Assembly (NCBI GenBank): GCA_031288185.1
Contig: JAITRZ010000003.1
Location: 98 to 64,097, forward strand
DNA from: Coriobacteriales bacterium
GTDB lineage: Bacteria > Actinomycetota > Coriobacteriia > Coriobacteriales > UBA8131
Direction of reading: 5' to 3'
DNA length: 64,000 nucleotides
In this document: piece by piece, positions 1 through 9,095 of the stretch
Position numbering within the stretch: the stretch's first letter is position 1
Layout of the letters: each line of letters opens with the position of its first letter
Program-made: the position numbers and the translations under genes
The notes under the pieces: model-generated
Database searches by the model: none
What the model was told of the DNA's origin: nothing
Seen by the model: only the letters and a program-made list of their open reading frames with translations

Positions 1-297
1 CAATCAACTCTACTAGCGTAAACCCCTTTCTATTCCCCCCTTGCAGTTGCTGCTTTCTTGCTTGAATCATACTTTCCATAACCGTTCCTTTCCCTTGCGC
101 GCGGAATCCGTCTGTGTCTGCCCAAACAAAGCAGTCCCTGTGTCCTGAAAACCACTCAGGGGCACAGCGCGCTTTTGGCGGCATTAACTCAAATAGCTTC
201 ACGGATCAGCCAGCCGATTTACGCGTGGCAGACAAACTTCATAACAAGAGACAATATACCAAACTTTTTTGCTGGTGTGAGCGGGAAATTCAAAAAA

Positions 298-341
298 GCC
301 CTTCACCAGCCCTTCACCAGCCCTTTACCAGCACTTCACCG
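298..341. repeat. 11-bp tandem repeat x4 (gcccttcacca / gcccttcacca / gccctttacca / gcacttcaccg)
   Basis: Read directly from the sequence, in the non-coding region 3' of the GT2 gene. Confidence 0.8.
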
Positions 342-442
342 CCTCAATCTCTCCATTCGCACCCAGTTACAGGAGCGCTTCGCTTATGCCCAGAGGGCGT
401 GAGGCCGGCGGTGTATGGCTGGCGTGTCTGTGGTGCCGCTCC

Positions 443-1543
443 TCAGTTAAACTTGAATAATCGTCGCGCCAATCGGTAGCCGCCCTTGATGGTGGCCTGG
501 CCGGCAGGACTGCTCATGTTAACGGTACGGCCCAAAAAACCACGACGGAGGCGCCGGTACATGCGAGGACTGCGCAAAAACAGGTACAGCCAGATGGCCT
601 CACGTTGCTTGAGGGCGTCGGGACGTCCTGACAGCAGCAAAAATACCGAGCAGATAATCAGCATCATCCGCAGATAATTACTCATGTAGCGCCGCAGGGC
701 CGGTTGGGGTACGTCGGTGTCCAGGTCATAGGCATCTATCATAATGCGCGTAATGCGCAGCTGCTGATCAATGCGCTCTGCCATAACCTTTTCATTAACT
801 GATTGACCCTCACGGCCAATGAAGTAGCGGTAAAAGTCAACGTTCATATAGTAGAGTGAGCGCACATGCGGCAGGGGCAGATACACAAAGATGTTGTCTA
901 CATAAAAGGTGTGTGCCGGCAGCGTTAACCCCATGTCTCTTAGCAGGTCACGCCGAAAGATAACCGAGTGCATCAGGATGTTTTGAGAGACCATGAAGCG
1001 GCCCACGTCACCCCAGGAAAACTGGCGACCAGACGGCAGGGCGCTGCCGTAGCTGATGGTTTGGCGCTTACCCTCAAAGACCTTTTCATAGACGTAGTTT
1101 GTGATAACCAGATCGATGGGAGCATGGCTGACAGCAAACTGATCCAGCTTAATCATGACCTGATGGGTGGCCTCCCTATCCAGCCAATCATCGGCGTCCA
1201 CAACCTTGAAGTAGATGCCGCGAGCCAGCGCCAGACCGGTGTTGACCGCCTGACCATGGCCGCCGTTGGCCTGATGCACGGCCCGGATAAGACCGGGCCA
1301 GGCGGTCTGCCAATTGTCAACTTTGGCGGCCGTAGCGTCTTTGTGTGAGCCGTCGTCAATCAAGATTATCTCTATGCGATCCAGGTAACGAGAACAACCG
1401 TCCAGGATAGAACGCACACAGTTATCAAGGTAGGGTTCCACGTTATAACAGGGCACGGCAAAACTTATCAGCGGCTGGCGCTGACCAAAGGCGACGGCGG
1501 TCACCTGGCTCTCACCCCCTGAGAGGGGCGCGGTCATGTCCAT
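443..1543 (-). CDS. Glycosyltransferase family 2
   Basis: 366-aa ORF. N-terminal 'ISFAVPCYNVEPYLDNCVRSILDG...IEIILIDDGSHKD' and 'KVVDADDW' are typical GT2 (GT-A fold) signatures. The ORF abuts the glf stop. Confidence 0.85.
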   Translation of the reverse strand: MDMTAPLSGGESQVTAVAFGQRQPLISFAVPCYNVEPYLDNCVRSILDGCSRYLDRIEIILIDDGSHKDATAAKVDNWQTAWPGLIRAVHQANGGHGQAVNTGLALARGIYFKVVDADDWLDREATHQVMIKLDQFAVSHAPIDLVITNYVYEKVFEGKRQTISYGSALPSGRQFSWGDVGRFMVSQNILMHSVIFRRDLLRDMGLTLPAHTFYVDNIFVYLPLPHVRSLYYMNVDFYRYFIGREGQSVNEKVMAERIDQQLRITRIMIDAYDLDTDVPQPALRRYMSNYLRMMLIICSVFLLLSGRPDALKQREAIWLYLFLRSPRMYRRLRRGFLGRTVNMSSPAGQATIKGGYRLARRLFKFN

Positions 1544-3186
1544 TACTTGCCTTTCTCTTTAGCACAGAGCCGGTCTGCCAATGTCAGGGCCCTTTCAACT
1601 ATTTGATCCATGTTGTAATAGCGATATTCAGCCAGCCGTCCCAGGGCAAAAAAGCCCGGCAGTGAGTTAAACAGGGCCAGGTAGCGGCGATACGCCGCCT
1701 CATTTTTGCTGCTAGAAATAGCATAATAGGGTATCTGTCCGGGCTGGTCGGTAAAGGCCAGCGGATATTCTTCCATCAGCGTTGTGTGGTTAAGGTTCTG
1801 GCCGGTTAGCCAGGTAAACTCCGTAATACGTGTATAGTCTTCACTCACCGTGTAATTAACGGTACCACAGGGAAGCACACGCTTTTGCTCTACGGTTTTG
1901 TAGACAAAATCTAGGCTGCGATACGGCAGCAGCCCAAAGCGCTGCGCGGCCAGAACGTCAAGGGGTCCGGTATAGATAAGGGTTCCGGTAAAGGGCCGGT
2001 TACTCGCCAGGATGCGCGTAAAGGGCTGGTCTGAGGCAGGTGCCGTATCTGCCAAGGTGCCCTGGGCGCGGCCTGTCGGCCCACCGCTGTTGCGGCTCGT
2101 CAACATGTCGGTGTCCCCATCGCCAACCTGGGACACGCCTGCTGCTGCGCCGCCGCTGCGGGTAGCCTTTAAGGTGTGCGGCACCCTGACAGCCGGAAGG
2201 GCAGTTGCGTTTTTGTTATCGGCACCAGTGTTCGCCCCATCGTCTGCCGTTAGAAAACCCAGGATACTCCGGGCGTCTATCCCAGTAAAGACGCTGATAT
2301 TTGGATGCGCAAGCAGGTTTTCAAACAGGGGCGTGTAACCAGCCGCTGGCATTCCCTGGTAGTGATCAGTAAAGTAGCGGTTGTCGCGGCCGCTGAAAAC
2401 AGGCACGCGGGCGGTTACCGCCGGGTCTATTTCTTCAGGGCGCAGCCCCCACTGCTTTTGCGTGTAGTATAAAAAGACGTTGCGGTACACAAAGTCGGCC
2501 AGTCGCTCCAACAGGGGATCGGCGCTCTTGCGCAACTCAATGATAGGGATTTTGGTATCGGGACCAAAGACCTCAAGCAGGCGCGCGATGATACGCTGGG
2601 CCTCATCGGCGGCAAAGTGCAGCTCGATAGAGTTAAAGTTAAAGGGCACGGGCGTGTAGATGCCATGAATATCAGCCAATACCTGGTGGTGGTAGGTATA
2701 CCAGCCGGTATAGCGGCTGAGGTAGTCAAAGACGCGACGGCTGTTTGTGTGAAAGATGTGCGGCCCATAGCGATGCACCAACACTCCGCTGGCATCGTAC
2801 TCATCATAGGCGTTGCCGCCGATATGGTGGCGCTGCTCCAGGAGCGTCACGCGCCGCCCGCCGCGCTCAGCCAATTCGCGCGCCACCACCGCTCCGGCAA
2901 AACCCGCGCCCACAACGATGACGTCGGCAGCCTGCAGGGCCTGTGCCAAGGCGGCGGGGGAGGGGTCTGGCCTCACGGCGCTTAGGATGGAGCCCTGAGC
3001 GAGGACAGCGGGGGAGGAAGCGCTGTGTTTTTGGGGCGCAGGCCCCAGAACGTCCGGGCCGCAAACCTGGGTTAGAGGAGTGGGAACATTGCTGGCCGGT
3101 AGCCGTTGTTTATCTTGAGCTGTCGCCGCCTGGGCAGGAAACAGGTTGTGAGCCAGACGGGCATTGGTAGTGGCAGGAGTTGTCAA
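1543..3186 (-). CDS. glf: UDP-galactopyranose mutase with N-terminal extension and an internal low-complexity insert
   Basis: FAD dinucleotide motif 'VIVVGAGFAGAVVARELAERG', then 'LLEQRHHIGGNAYD...HRYGPHIFHT' and C-terminal 'GRLAEYRYYNMDQ', all characteristic of Glf. The maximal ORF (to 3381) overlaps pta on the other strand, so the true start is internal. Candidates are TTG at 3186 (AAAGG about 10 nt upstream) or GTG at 2976. The start is uncertain. Confidence 0.8.
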   Translation of the reverse strand: MTTPATTNARLAHNLFPAQAATAQDKQRLPASNVPTPLTQVCGPDVLGPAPQKHSASSPAVLAQGSILSAVRPDPSPAALAQALQAADVIVVGAGFAGAVVARELAERGGRRVTLLEQRHHIGGNAYDEYDASGVLVHRYGPHIFHTNSRRVFDYLSRYTGWYTYHHQVLADIHGIYTPVPFNFNSIELHFAADEAQRIIARLLEVFGPDTKIPIIELRKSADPLLERLADFVYRNVFLYYTQKQWGLRPEEIDPAVTARVPVFSGRDNRYFTDHYQGMPAAGYTPLFENLLAHPNISVFTGIDARSILGFLTADDGANTGADNKNATALPAVRVPHTLKATRSGGAAAGVSQVGDGDTDMLTSRNSGGPTGRAQGTLADTAPASDQPFTRILASNRPFTGTLIYTGPLDVLAAQRFGLLPYRSLDFVYKTVEQKRVLPCGTVNYTVSEDYTRITEFTWLTGQNLNHTTLMEEYPLAFTDQPGQIPYYAISSSKNEAAYRRYLALFNSLPGFFALGRLAEYRYYNMDQIVERALTLADRLCAKEKGK

Positions 3187-3247
3187 GAGGACGTAACCTT
3201 TCTTAAAATATGGTACATTGTAACATCGTTTGATGAAAGGTGGGCTA

Positions 3248-4273
3248 ATGAGCGAGTTCTTATCCCGGATCATCGCCCGGGCAGCAGCCGACCGCCAGCG
3301 TCTGGTGCTACCGGAAGGCAGCGACCCGCGCGTGCTGGCGGCGGCGCGGCGCATCACTGATCTGGGCATCGCCGAGGTCACCGTATTGATACGTGAGGCG
3401 GATGCGGCGGCGAGTGGCTATGATTTTGACGGCATCAACCTGATTGATCCTACAAACAGTCCTCACAACGCTGACTTTGCCGCTTATCTCTACGCGTTGC
3501 GCCAAAATAAGGGCCTTAGCCAGGCTGAAGCTGCGGCTTTGGTTGGTGATGAACTCTATCACGGGGTATTGATGGTGGCAGAGGGCAGGGTGGACGGCAT
3601 GGTCGCCGGCGCGGCTCATGCCACCAGCGCGGTGTTGCGTCCCAGCTTGCAGATACTTAAGACGGCCCCTGGCGTTAAGCTGGTCTCAGCATTTTTTGTG
3701 ATAGTAGTGCCGGATCGGCACTTGGGCAAAGATGGGGCCTTTCTCTTTGCTGACTCTGGCCTGGTGCAGCACCCCGACGCTCAGGAACTAAGCGAGATTG
3801 CCCTGAGCTCCGCCGCCTCTTTTGCCAACCTGCTTGAGGCTGAGCCTGTGGTAGCCCTCCTGTCACATTCTACTAAAGGTTCGGCCACCAGCCCGGCTGT
3901 GGATAGGGTGGTTGAGGCTACGGCCCTGGCCCGTCAGAAAGCGCCACAGCTGGCTTTGGATGGCGAATTGCAGCTGGATGCGGCCCTGGTGCCAAAGATT
4001 GGAGCAGCCAAGGCTCCCGGCTCGACGGTGGCCGGCCGAGCCAATGTCCTGATCTTTCCTGACCTGGACTCAGGCAACATCGCTTATAAGTTGGCTCAGC
4101 GCGTGGCGGGTGCCGATGCCTACGGACCGATAACCCAGGGTCTGTCCAAGCCGGTTAACGACCTGTCCCGTGGTGCCAGCGTTGAGGACATCGTGGGTGT
4201 AGCGGCCATTACCTGCGTACAGGCCCAGGAACAAAATCTCAAACGGGAATTGGTGGGGAGATGTGAAACATGA
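3248..4273 (+). CDS. pta: Phosphate acetyltransferase
   Basis: '[30 protein letters not shown]' start, and '[21 protein letters not shown]...[19 protein letters not shown]', typical of the Pta (PTA_PTB) family. AAAGGTGGG RBS lies before the ATG at 3248. Confidence 0.9.
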   Translation: MSEFLSRIIARAAADRQRLVLPEGSDPRVLAAARRITDLGIAEVTVLIREADAAASGYDFDGINLIDPTNSPHNADFAAYLYALRQNKGLSQAEAAALVGDELYHGVLMVAEGRVDGMVAGAAHATSAVLRPSLQILKTAPGVKLVSAFFVIVVPDRHLGKDGAFLFADSGLVQHPDAQELSEIALSSAASFANLLEAEPVVALLSHSTKGSATSPAVDRVVEATALARQKAPQLALDGELQLDAALVPKIGAAKAPGSTVAGRANVLIFPDLDSGNIAYKLAQRVAGADAYGPITQGLSKPVNDLSRGASVEDIVGVAAITCVQAQEQNLKRELVGRCET

Positions 4274-5943
4274 CAGACACACCTGTAACCTCGCGCGCCA
4301 GGCTGCTTGCGGGTAAGGTATCGGCGGCCATTTTTCAGATGAACGCCTCGCGCGCCAGGCTGCTGATTGCCATTTTTTTGATTATTGTGGTTGCCGGCGT
4401 AATTACCGCCTTGGTGCTGCAGGCCGCCGGGTATCGACCGAAAAAAGAATTTACCCTTTATAAAAGCAATTTTTCCCCCACTGTGCTGCTGATAAACACG
4501 CGTCAAGGCGTGTATGCTGACCAAGATTACTATGTGGCCACCTCTGCCGATCTGGGCGCGCCGGAAAATGGTCAGGTGCTCATCAATCCCATCCGACAAC
4601 TGCCTGATGAACAGCGGACACCGCAGCTTGAGGCAGCTGCTTATAGTGTTACCAAAACGAGCGGACAGCCCCTTAAGCTGCGGCTGAGTAACTCGGCGCG
4701 GAGCGAGGTGCGCGCCGGCCAAAGCCCAGAAGTTGCCTACCTGGGCATTGCGTTGAACAACAGCTTCAGGGCCAGCTCGCAGCCGGCACTGCTCTACAAC
4801 AATAATTCAGAGGATGAATCAGTAGACAGCGCCCTACTTTTTGGCTCGGCCACGGGGAGTGCGCCCACCAACTGGAGCGCCGGCACCTCACTGTATATCT
4901 TAGATGGGGTGACAACCAATCACGCAGCGGCTCTGCTTCCCGGCCTCAACATCACGCAGGACACCCAGACCGGTGGTGCCGTTGCGGGTGTTATCTATTC
5001 TACTCGCTCCTTGGCCATTGGCAGCATTCCCAGCCCAGAACAGGACGCTGAGGCTGATGCCACGCTTACCCGGCTTTTGGCCCGTCCTAACCTGCCAACT
5101 GATGATGCGGTGGCCCAGGTGGGAGTGAGTGACCTGGATGTGATGGGGGCCCTCGCCATGAACACCGATCTCAGTATCATGAATACTGACATCCTGCTGG
5201 TGGCACCGCCGGGCAAACAAACCGTCTCTGTCTTTCGTTCGCCCGCCGCCTCACTGGGTGCAACCGCTGGCAACAGCCTGAGCATCGAGGGTGGCGTTAT
5301 TGCCGTGGGCGAGAGGTGCAGCTTAAGCATAGAGACTGACGCAGCCGGTCTAGGCAGTGTGTATCTGTCTCCCCGTGCACTGATTGTTGACGGCGGTGAG
5401 CTGAGTCTTACTTCTGCCAGCCAGGGCGCGGTTGTTATCAACAGCGACATCCAGGTGCGCAATGGTGGCCGCTTGCGGATTGGAGAAAACGTTACCATTA
5501 AAGGCAATATCTACGCCTTTGGCGGTGGACTTGTTGAGATTGCCGGCAGCTTCAGACTGGAGGGACGAAGTGTAAGCCTAGATGCCGCCTCTGTGCCGGG
5601 TGGCATTTTCATCCTGGCCAACAACAGCTTTGACAGTGCCGGCAACAGCCTGGGCAATGGCTATTTCACCGCTAATCGATTCTATATGATAGAAGGCAGC
5701 GATGGCCAATCTGATATTGAGATTATCAAATCACACGCTGTACACTTTCTCAGCACTGTTGGTCCCTTTGGTTATGGGGGAATGTACCAGGACTATGCCT
5801 GCCTGGACTCAACCACGTCACGCCACCTCTGTGAACATTTTGGTCCTGTTGAAAATCTGACCGCTCCGGACATCTCCGTGCATTTTTCTGCTGATTTTGC
5901 CCAGATACTGGGTTTTATGCCTGCCTCGATCAATGACAGCTGA
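4270..5943 (+). CDS. Hypothetical membrane-anchored protein with beta-helix-like repeats
   Basis: 557-aa ORF whose ATG overlaps the pta stop (ATGA). One N-terminal hydrophobic helix ('[20 protein letters not shown]'). The C-terminal half is rich in short G/N/S-beta-strand repeats ('[52 protein letters not shown]'). No family was recognised. Confidence 0.55.
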   Translation: MTDTPVTSRARLLAGKVSAAIFQMNASRARLLIAIFLIIVVAGVITALVLQAAGYRPKKEFTLYKSNFSPTVLLINTRQGVYADQDYYVATSADLGAPENGQVLINPIRQLPDEQRTPQLEAAAYSVTKTSGQPLKLRLSNSARSEVRAGQSPEVAYLGIALNNSFRASSQPALLYNNNSEDESVDSALLFGSATGSAPTNWSAGTSLYILDGVTTNHAAALLPGLNITQDTQTGGAVAGVIYSTRSLAIGSIPSPEQDAEADATLTRLLARPNLPTDDAVAQVGVSDLDVMGALAMNTDLSIMNTDILLVAPPGKQTVSVFRSPAASLGATAGNSLSIEGGVIAVGERCSLSIETDAAGLGSVYLSPRALIVDGGELSLTSASQGAVVINSDIQVRNGGRLRIGENVTIKGNIYAFGGGLVEIAGSFRLEGRSVSLDAASVPGGIFILANNSFDSAGNSLGNGYFTANRFYMIEGSDGQSDIEIIKSHAVHFLSTVGPFGYGGMYQDYACLDSTTSRHLCEHFGPVENLTAPDISVHFSADFAQILGFMPASINDS

Positions 5944-5989
5944 GGGGTAAAGACCCAAAGGAGGCATCTGAGCACGGCACCGATAATGC

Positions 5990-6029
5990 GTCTTTTGGCA
6001 GATTTTCGACAGATAATCTGCCAAAAGAC
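5990..6029 (+). terminator. Perfect 15-bp stem / 10-nt loop hairpin without a U-tract
   Basis: gtcttttggcagatt (5990-6004) is the exact reverse complement of aatctgccaaaagac (6015-6029). It lies 47 nt after the stop of the 557-aa ORF and upstream of the pilC promoter. Confidence 0.4.
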
Positions 6030-6059
6030 ACCGATCAGAATTGAGCAGAATAAATCTGG

Positions 6060-6087
6060 TTGACCAATCTGCTTCCTTTGTTATAAT
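6060..6087 (+). promoter_or_regulatory. Sigma-70-type promoter for the pilus operon
   Basis: TTGACC (6060-6065), a 16-nt spacer, then TATAAT (6082-6087), about 63 nt upstream of the pilC ATG. Confidence 0.55.
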
Positions 6088-6150
6088 TAACTAAAACGCA
6101 CGTGACTTTAAGCCCCACCATCAAAGCGTAAACGTATTCTTAGGGTTGCT

Positions 6151-7338
6151 ATGCCACAGTACAAGTATCATGCCGTTACTCTAAACGGTAGCCAACAGAG
6201 TGGACGATTGGAGGCTGCCACCGAGACACAGCTTTCGCAGCTGTTGTTTCAGCGCGGCCTTTATCTGACAAGTAGCCGTCTGATGGAACGCTCCCGCCGC
6301 CAACGCAAAATCAAACTTGGCCGGATAGCCGATTTCTGCCGACAGCTTGCCGCGATGCTCAGTTCTGGCATTACCCTGATTAGGGCCATCCAGATAATTG
6401 AGGCGCGAGACGAGTTGGCCTTCACCAAAAAAATCTACGCCAACCTGGTTGAAGAATTGCGTCGCGGCTCAACCCTTTCAGAGTCGATGGCCAAGCAGGG
6501 CAAAGCCTTTCCTGAACTGTTGGTAAACATGATGCGGGCCGGCGAAAACAGCGGCGGTATTGACACAACCGCGCTTAAAATGGCTGAAACGTATGATAAG
6601 CAAAACAGGCTTAACTCCAAAATACGCTCAGCGATGATCTATCCCATCATCCTACTGGTTTTAATTGTTCTGGTTATTATTGTGATGTTTGCCTTTGTGG
6701 TGCCAACCTTTGGCGAGATGTTTCCTGAAGAGAGCGAATTGCCGTTGCCCACGGTTATCATGATGAGCATCAGCAATTTTTTGCTCAACTACTGGTATGT
6801 GCTTGCGGGGGGCGTTGTGGCACTGGCGTTTATTTTGACCACCGTTTTCAGGCGACCCAAGCCCAAGTGGTTTTGGCATCGCCTGAAGCTGCACTCGCCG
6901 GTATTTGGTAAACTTTTGCGCATCATTTATACGGCGCGTTTTGCTCGGACCCTGTCCTCGCTGTACACCAGTGGCATTCCTATGATCCAGGCTTTAACCA
7001 TTGGCCGCAGCACCATTGGCAACACGTATATTGAAGGTCAATTTGACACCGTTTTGACAGAACTGGGTAACGGACGCGCGCTTTCTGATGCGCTATCCAA
7101 TGTGGAGGGTTTTGACACAAAGCTGTATGCTACTGTTGCCATTGGTGAGGAAAGCGGTCGTTTGGAAATGATGCTCGACAGCGTAGCTGATCAATTTGAT
7201 TACGAGTCTGAGATAGCAACTCAGCGTTTGGTGAGCATCCTGGAACCCGTGATGATTGTTATCATGGCCGTTGTTGTCCTGTTGGTTATTATTTCGGTGT
7301 TGCTGCCGATATTTTCGATGTATTCAAGTCTTGGTTAG
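6151..7338 (+). CDS. pilC: Type IV pilus platform protein PilC (T2SS F family)
   Basis: 395 aa. Start 'YKYHAVTLNGSQQSGRLEAATETQL', duplicated T2SSF-type domains ('LSSGITLIRAIQI', 'LYTSGIPMIQALTI'), and three hydrophobic segments. Confidence 0.9.
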   Translation: MPQYKYHAVTLNGSQQSGRLEAATETQLSQLLFQRGLYLTSSRLMERSRRQRKIKLGRIADFCRQLAAMLSSGITLIRAIQIIEARDELAFTKKIYANLVEELRRGSTLSESMAKQGKAFPELLVNMMRAGENSGGIDTTALKMAETYDKQNRLNSKIRSAMIYPIILLVLIVLVIIVMFAFVVPTFGEMFPEESELPLPTVIMMSISNFLLNYWYVLAGGVVALAFILTTVFRRPKPKWFWHRLKLHSPVFGKLLRIIYTARFARTLSSLYTSGIPMIQALTIGRSTIGNTYIEGQFDTVLTELGNGRALSDALSNVEGFDTKLYATVAIGEESGRLEMMLDSVADQFDYESEIATQRLVSILEPVMIVIMAVVVLLVIISVLLPIFSMYSSLG

Positions 7339-7348
7339 GAGGAACGCT

Positions 7349-8293
7349 TTGGAGAGCACATTTTACTGCTCACCAGGTTCGCTGTGTTTGCTGAGTGGTT
7401 TGGCCACCCGGCAGCAGATACAGGTAGATGAAGTCAGGCAGGTTCCTTTGCCTGAAGGTGCGATGATAAATGGCATTATTACCGATGTCGATCTGATGGT
7501 GGACTTTTTGGATTCCGTCGCCAAGGAATACGCGCTTAAAAAGCAGGCTGCCGCCGCCAACCCCCTCCTTGCCCAGCGCTCGGTTATTGTTATTCAGGCA
7601 AGCAATATTGTCACCAAGATCATGGAAGTGCCGCCGCTTGATGAATTTCATGTGCGTCAGTTTATCCAGCGCGAGTTCACTCAGTATGCCGATACCTCTA
7701 CCGCCGAGCCAAGCGAGCTGTATGATTACACGGTCTTAAACCAGGTTGGCCCTGAAGGCGGGGTACAGGTGTTGGCAGCCAGTGCTTCCAGAGAGATGAT
7801 AGCGGATTATCGTCAAGCCTTTGCCTTAGCTGGCTATAAGGTTGAGCAAATTGGCATTGGCGTAGAATCCCTGATAAAATTGGTTGGCCTTATACCGGAT
7901 CTGGTAGGGAAAACCTATCTTCTGGTGCAGGTCGAAGCCACAAGGCAGATTGTCACGATGTTTTTGGACGGAACGTTCAGGCTCTCTAATGGCTACCGAC
8001 TCATCTCTGAGCCAGGAAGCGATGAATGGGTTGCCGAGGTGGGCCAGAACCTGGCTTCGGTGATACAGTTTAATCGCGCTCAACGCGGCCAGACTGAGCT
8101 GGGTTCTGCCCTTTTTGCGGGCATGACCCCCACCAACCTGGAAAAGTTGAAGTCACGTTTTGATTACTTGAACATCACCATTGCCAACTTCGACCTTTCT
8201 CACGTCATTAAAGTGTCAGCCAATATTACCGCTGAGACCCATTTTGATCCCGGCAATTTCCTGTTTAATTTGGGCGCTTTGATAAAACGCTAG
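7349..8293 (+). CDS. pilM: PilM-like actin-fold pilus assembly protein
   Basis: The frame continues from AGGAGG (7337-7342) to TTG at 7349. 'VPLPEGAMINGIITDVDLMVDFL' matches the PilM N-terminal pattern (PxPxGxIxxGxIxD). Size and position between pilC and pilN fit. Confidence 0.7.
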   Translation: MESTFYCSPGSLCLLSGLATRQQIQVDEVRQVPLPEGAMINGIITDVDLMVDFLDSVAKEYALKKQAAAANPLLAQRSVIVIQASNIVTKIMEVPPLDEFHVRQFIQREFTQYADTSTAEPSELYDYTVLNQVGPEGGVQVLAASASREMIADYRQAFALAGYKVEQIGIGVESLIKLVGLIPDLVGKTYLLVQVEATRQIVTMFLDGTFRLSNGYRLISEPGSDEWVAEVGQNLASVIQFNRAQRGQTELGSALFAGMTPTNLEKLKSRFDYLNITIANFDLSHVIKVSANITAETHFDPGNFLFNLGALIKR

Positions 8294-8327
8294 GTTCAGG
8301 AGACGAAGGCCGCATGAAGGAGCAGAG

Positions 8328-9095
8328 ATGGCAAAGCCGCTAAAACAGAAGAGCATCAACTTTTTGGCAGTCCTGGAGGGGCGTCAGGCTCGATCCGGCC
8401 CAAAACCCACAACCTTTATCTTTCCGGGCGTACTGCTTGCGGTCGTCTGTGTTGGCATCAGTGTTTTCGCCTTCTTTCATATACAGGTTTTGGACTTTGA
8501 GCATCAGTATGCCGCTCTCTCAGAGTATCTGAACTCTCCCACCACCACCAGCCAATTTGCTGAGGCTCAGACGCTACAGAGTCAGGCCGACGCGCTGCAG
8601 CGAGAGGCTGATGGTATGGCCACTCCCATAGAAAATTTGTTGAGCTATCCTGACCTGCTTAGTACCGATTACCGGGAGCTGATGGCTCTGGCGGGAGCTA
8701 ACATTACCGTTAGCAACGCCAGTTTCAATCATGCCGCCGGTACTCTGAACCTCACCTGCACCACAGAATACCTGCCAGCTATTGACACCTTTGTGTCCCA
8801 ACTGCGCAACGCCGCCTTCCTGAGCGACGTTGAGTACACGGGTTATACCGGCAGCTCTTCACCGTTGAGCACACCAACGGTTCGTTCCGGCTCCACAACC
8901 AGTGGGACAACTACCGGCAACACTTCCGCCGGTGGACAAACCACAAGCAGTACCTCTACCAGTGGGCAAGCCGCAAGCGGGCAGGCCAGTACCAGCTCCA
9001 CAGGATCCCGCTACCAGTTTTCTTTGACCTGCACGTTAAGGTCGCCAACAGGCGGCAACACCCCTGACTCTGGACAGCTGACGGGAGGTCAGTGA
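8328..9095 (+). CDS. pilN: PilN-like bitopic pilus alignment protein with Ser/Thr-rich tail
   Basis: Short cytoplasmic N-terminus with 'INFLAV' (compare the PilN INLLP motif), a single TM ('FIFPGVLLAVVCVGISVFAFF'), then an extracytoplasmic domain. The C-terminal roughly 80 aa are S/T/G-rich. Confidence 0.55.
   Translation: MAKPLKQKSINFLAVLEGRQARSGPKPTTFIFPGVLLAVVCVGISVFAFFHIQVLDFEHQYAALSEYLNSPTTTSQFAEAQTLQSQADALQREADGMATPIENLLSYPDLLSTDYRELMALAGANITVSNASFNHAAGTLNLTCTTEYLPAIDTFVSQLRNAAFLSDVEYTGYTGSSSPLSTPTVRSGSTTSGTTTGNTSAGGQTTSSTSTSGQAASGQASTSSTGSRYQFSLTCTLRSPTGGNTPDSGQLTGGQ

Noticed and set aside
114-479. 121-aa and 75-aa plus-strand ORFs at the left edge.
   Set aside because: They have low-complexity translation driven by the 11-bp tandem repeat, no RBS or motifs, and they overlap the 3' end of the GT2 gene. 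I treat 1-442 as non-coding or undetermined.
3187-3381. Full-length 612-aa version of the glf ORF.
   Set aside because: Its first roughly 65 codons overlap the pta start and promoter region on the opposite strand and are Arg/Ser-rich junk-like sequence. An internal TTG or GTG start is more plausible.
4270-4440. The N-terminus of the 557-aa protein as a type IV (pseudo)pilin class III signal peptide, which would make it a giant minor pilin.
   Set aside because: There is no G/(F,M)-T-L-x-E cleavage motif and no Glu at +5. The hydrophobic helix is preceded by a long Arg-rich segment, more like a plain signal-anchor.
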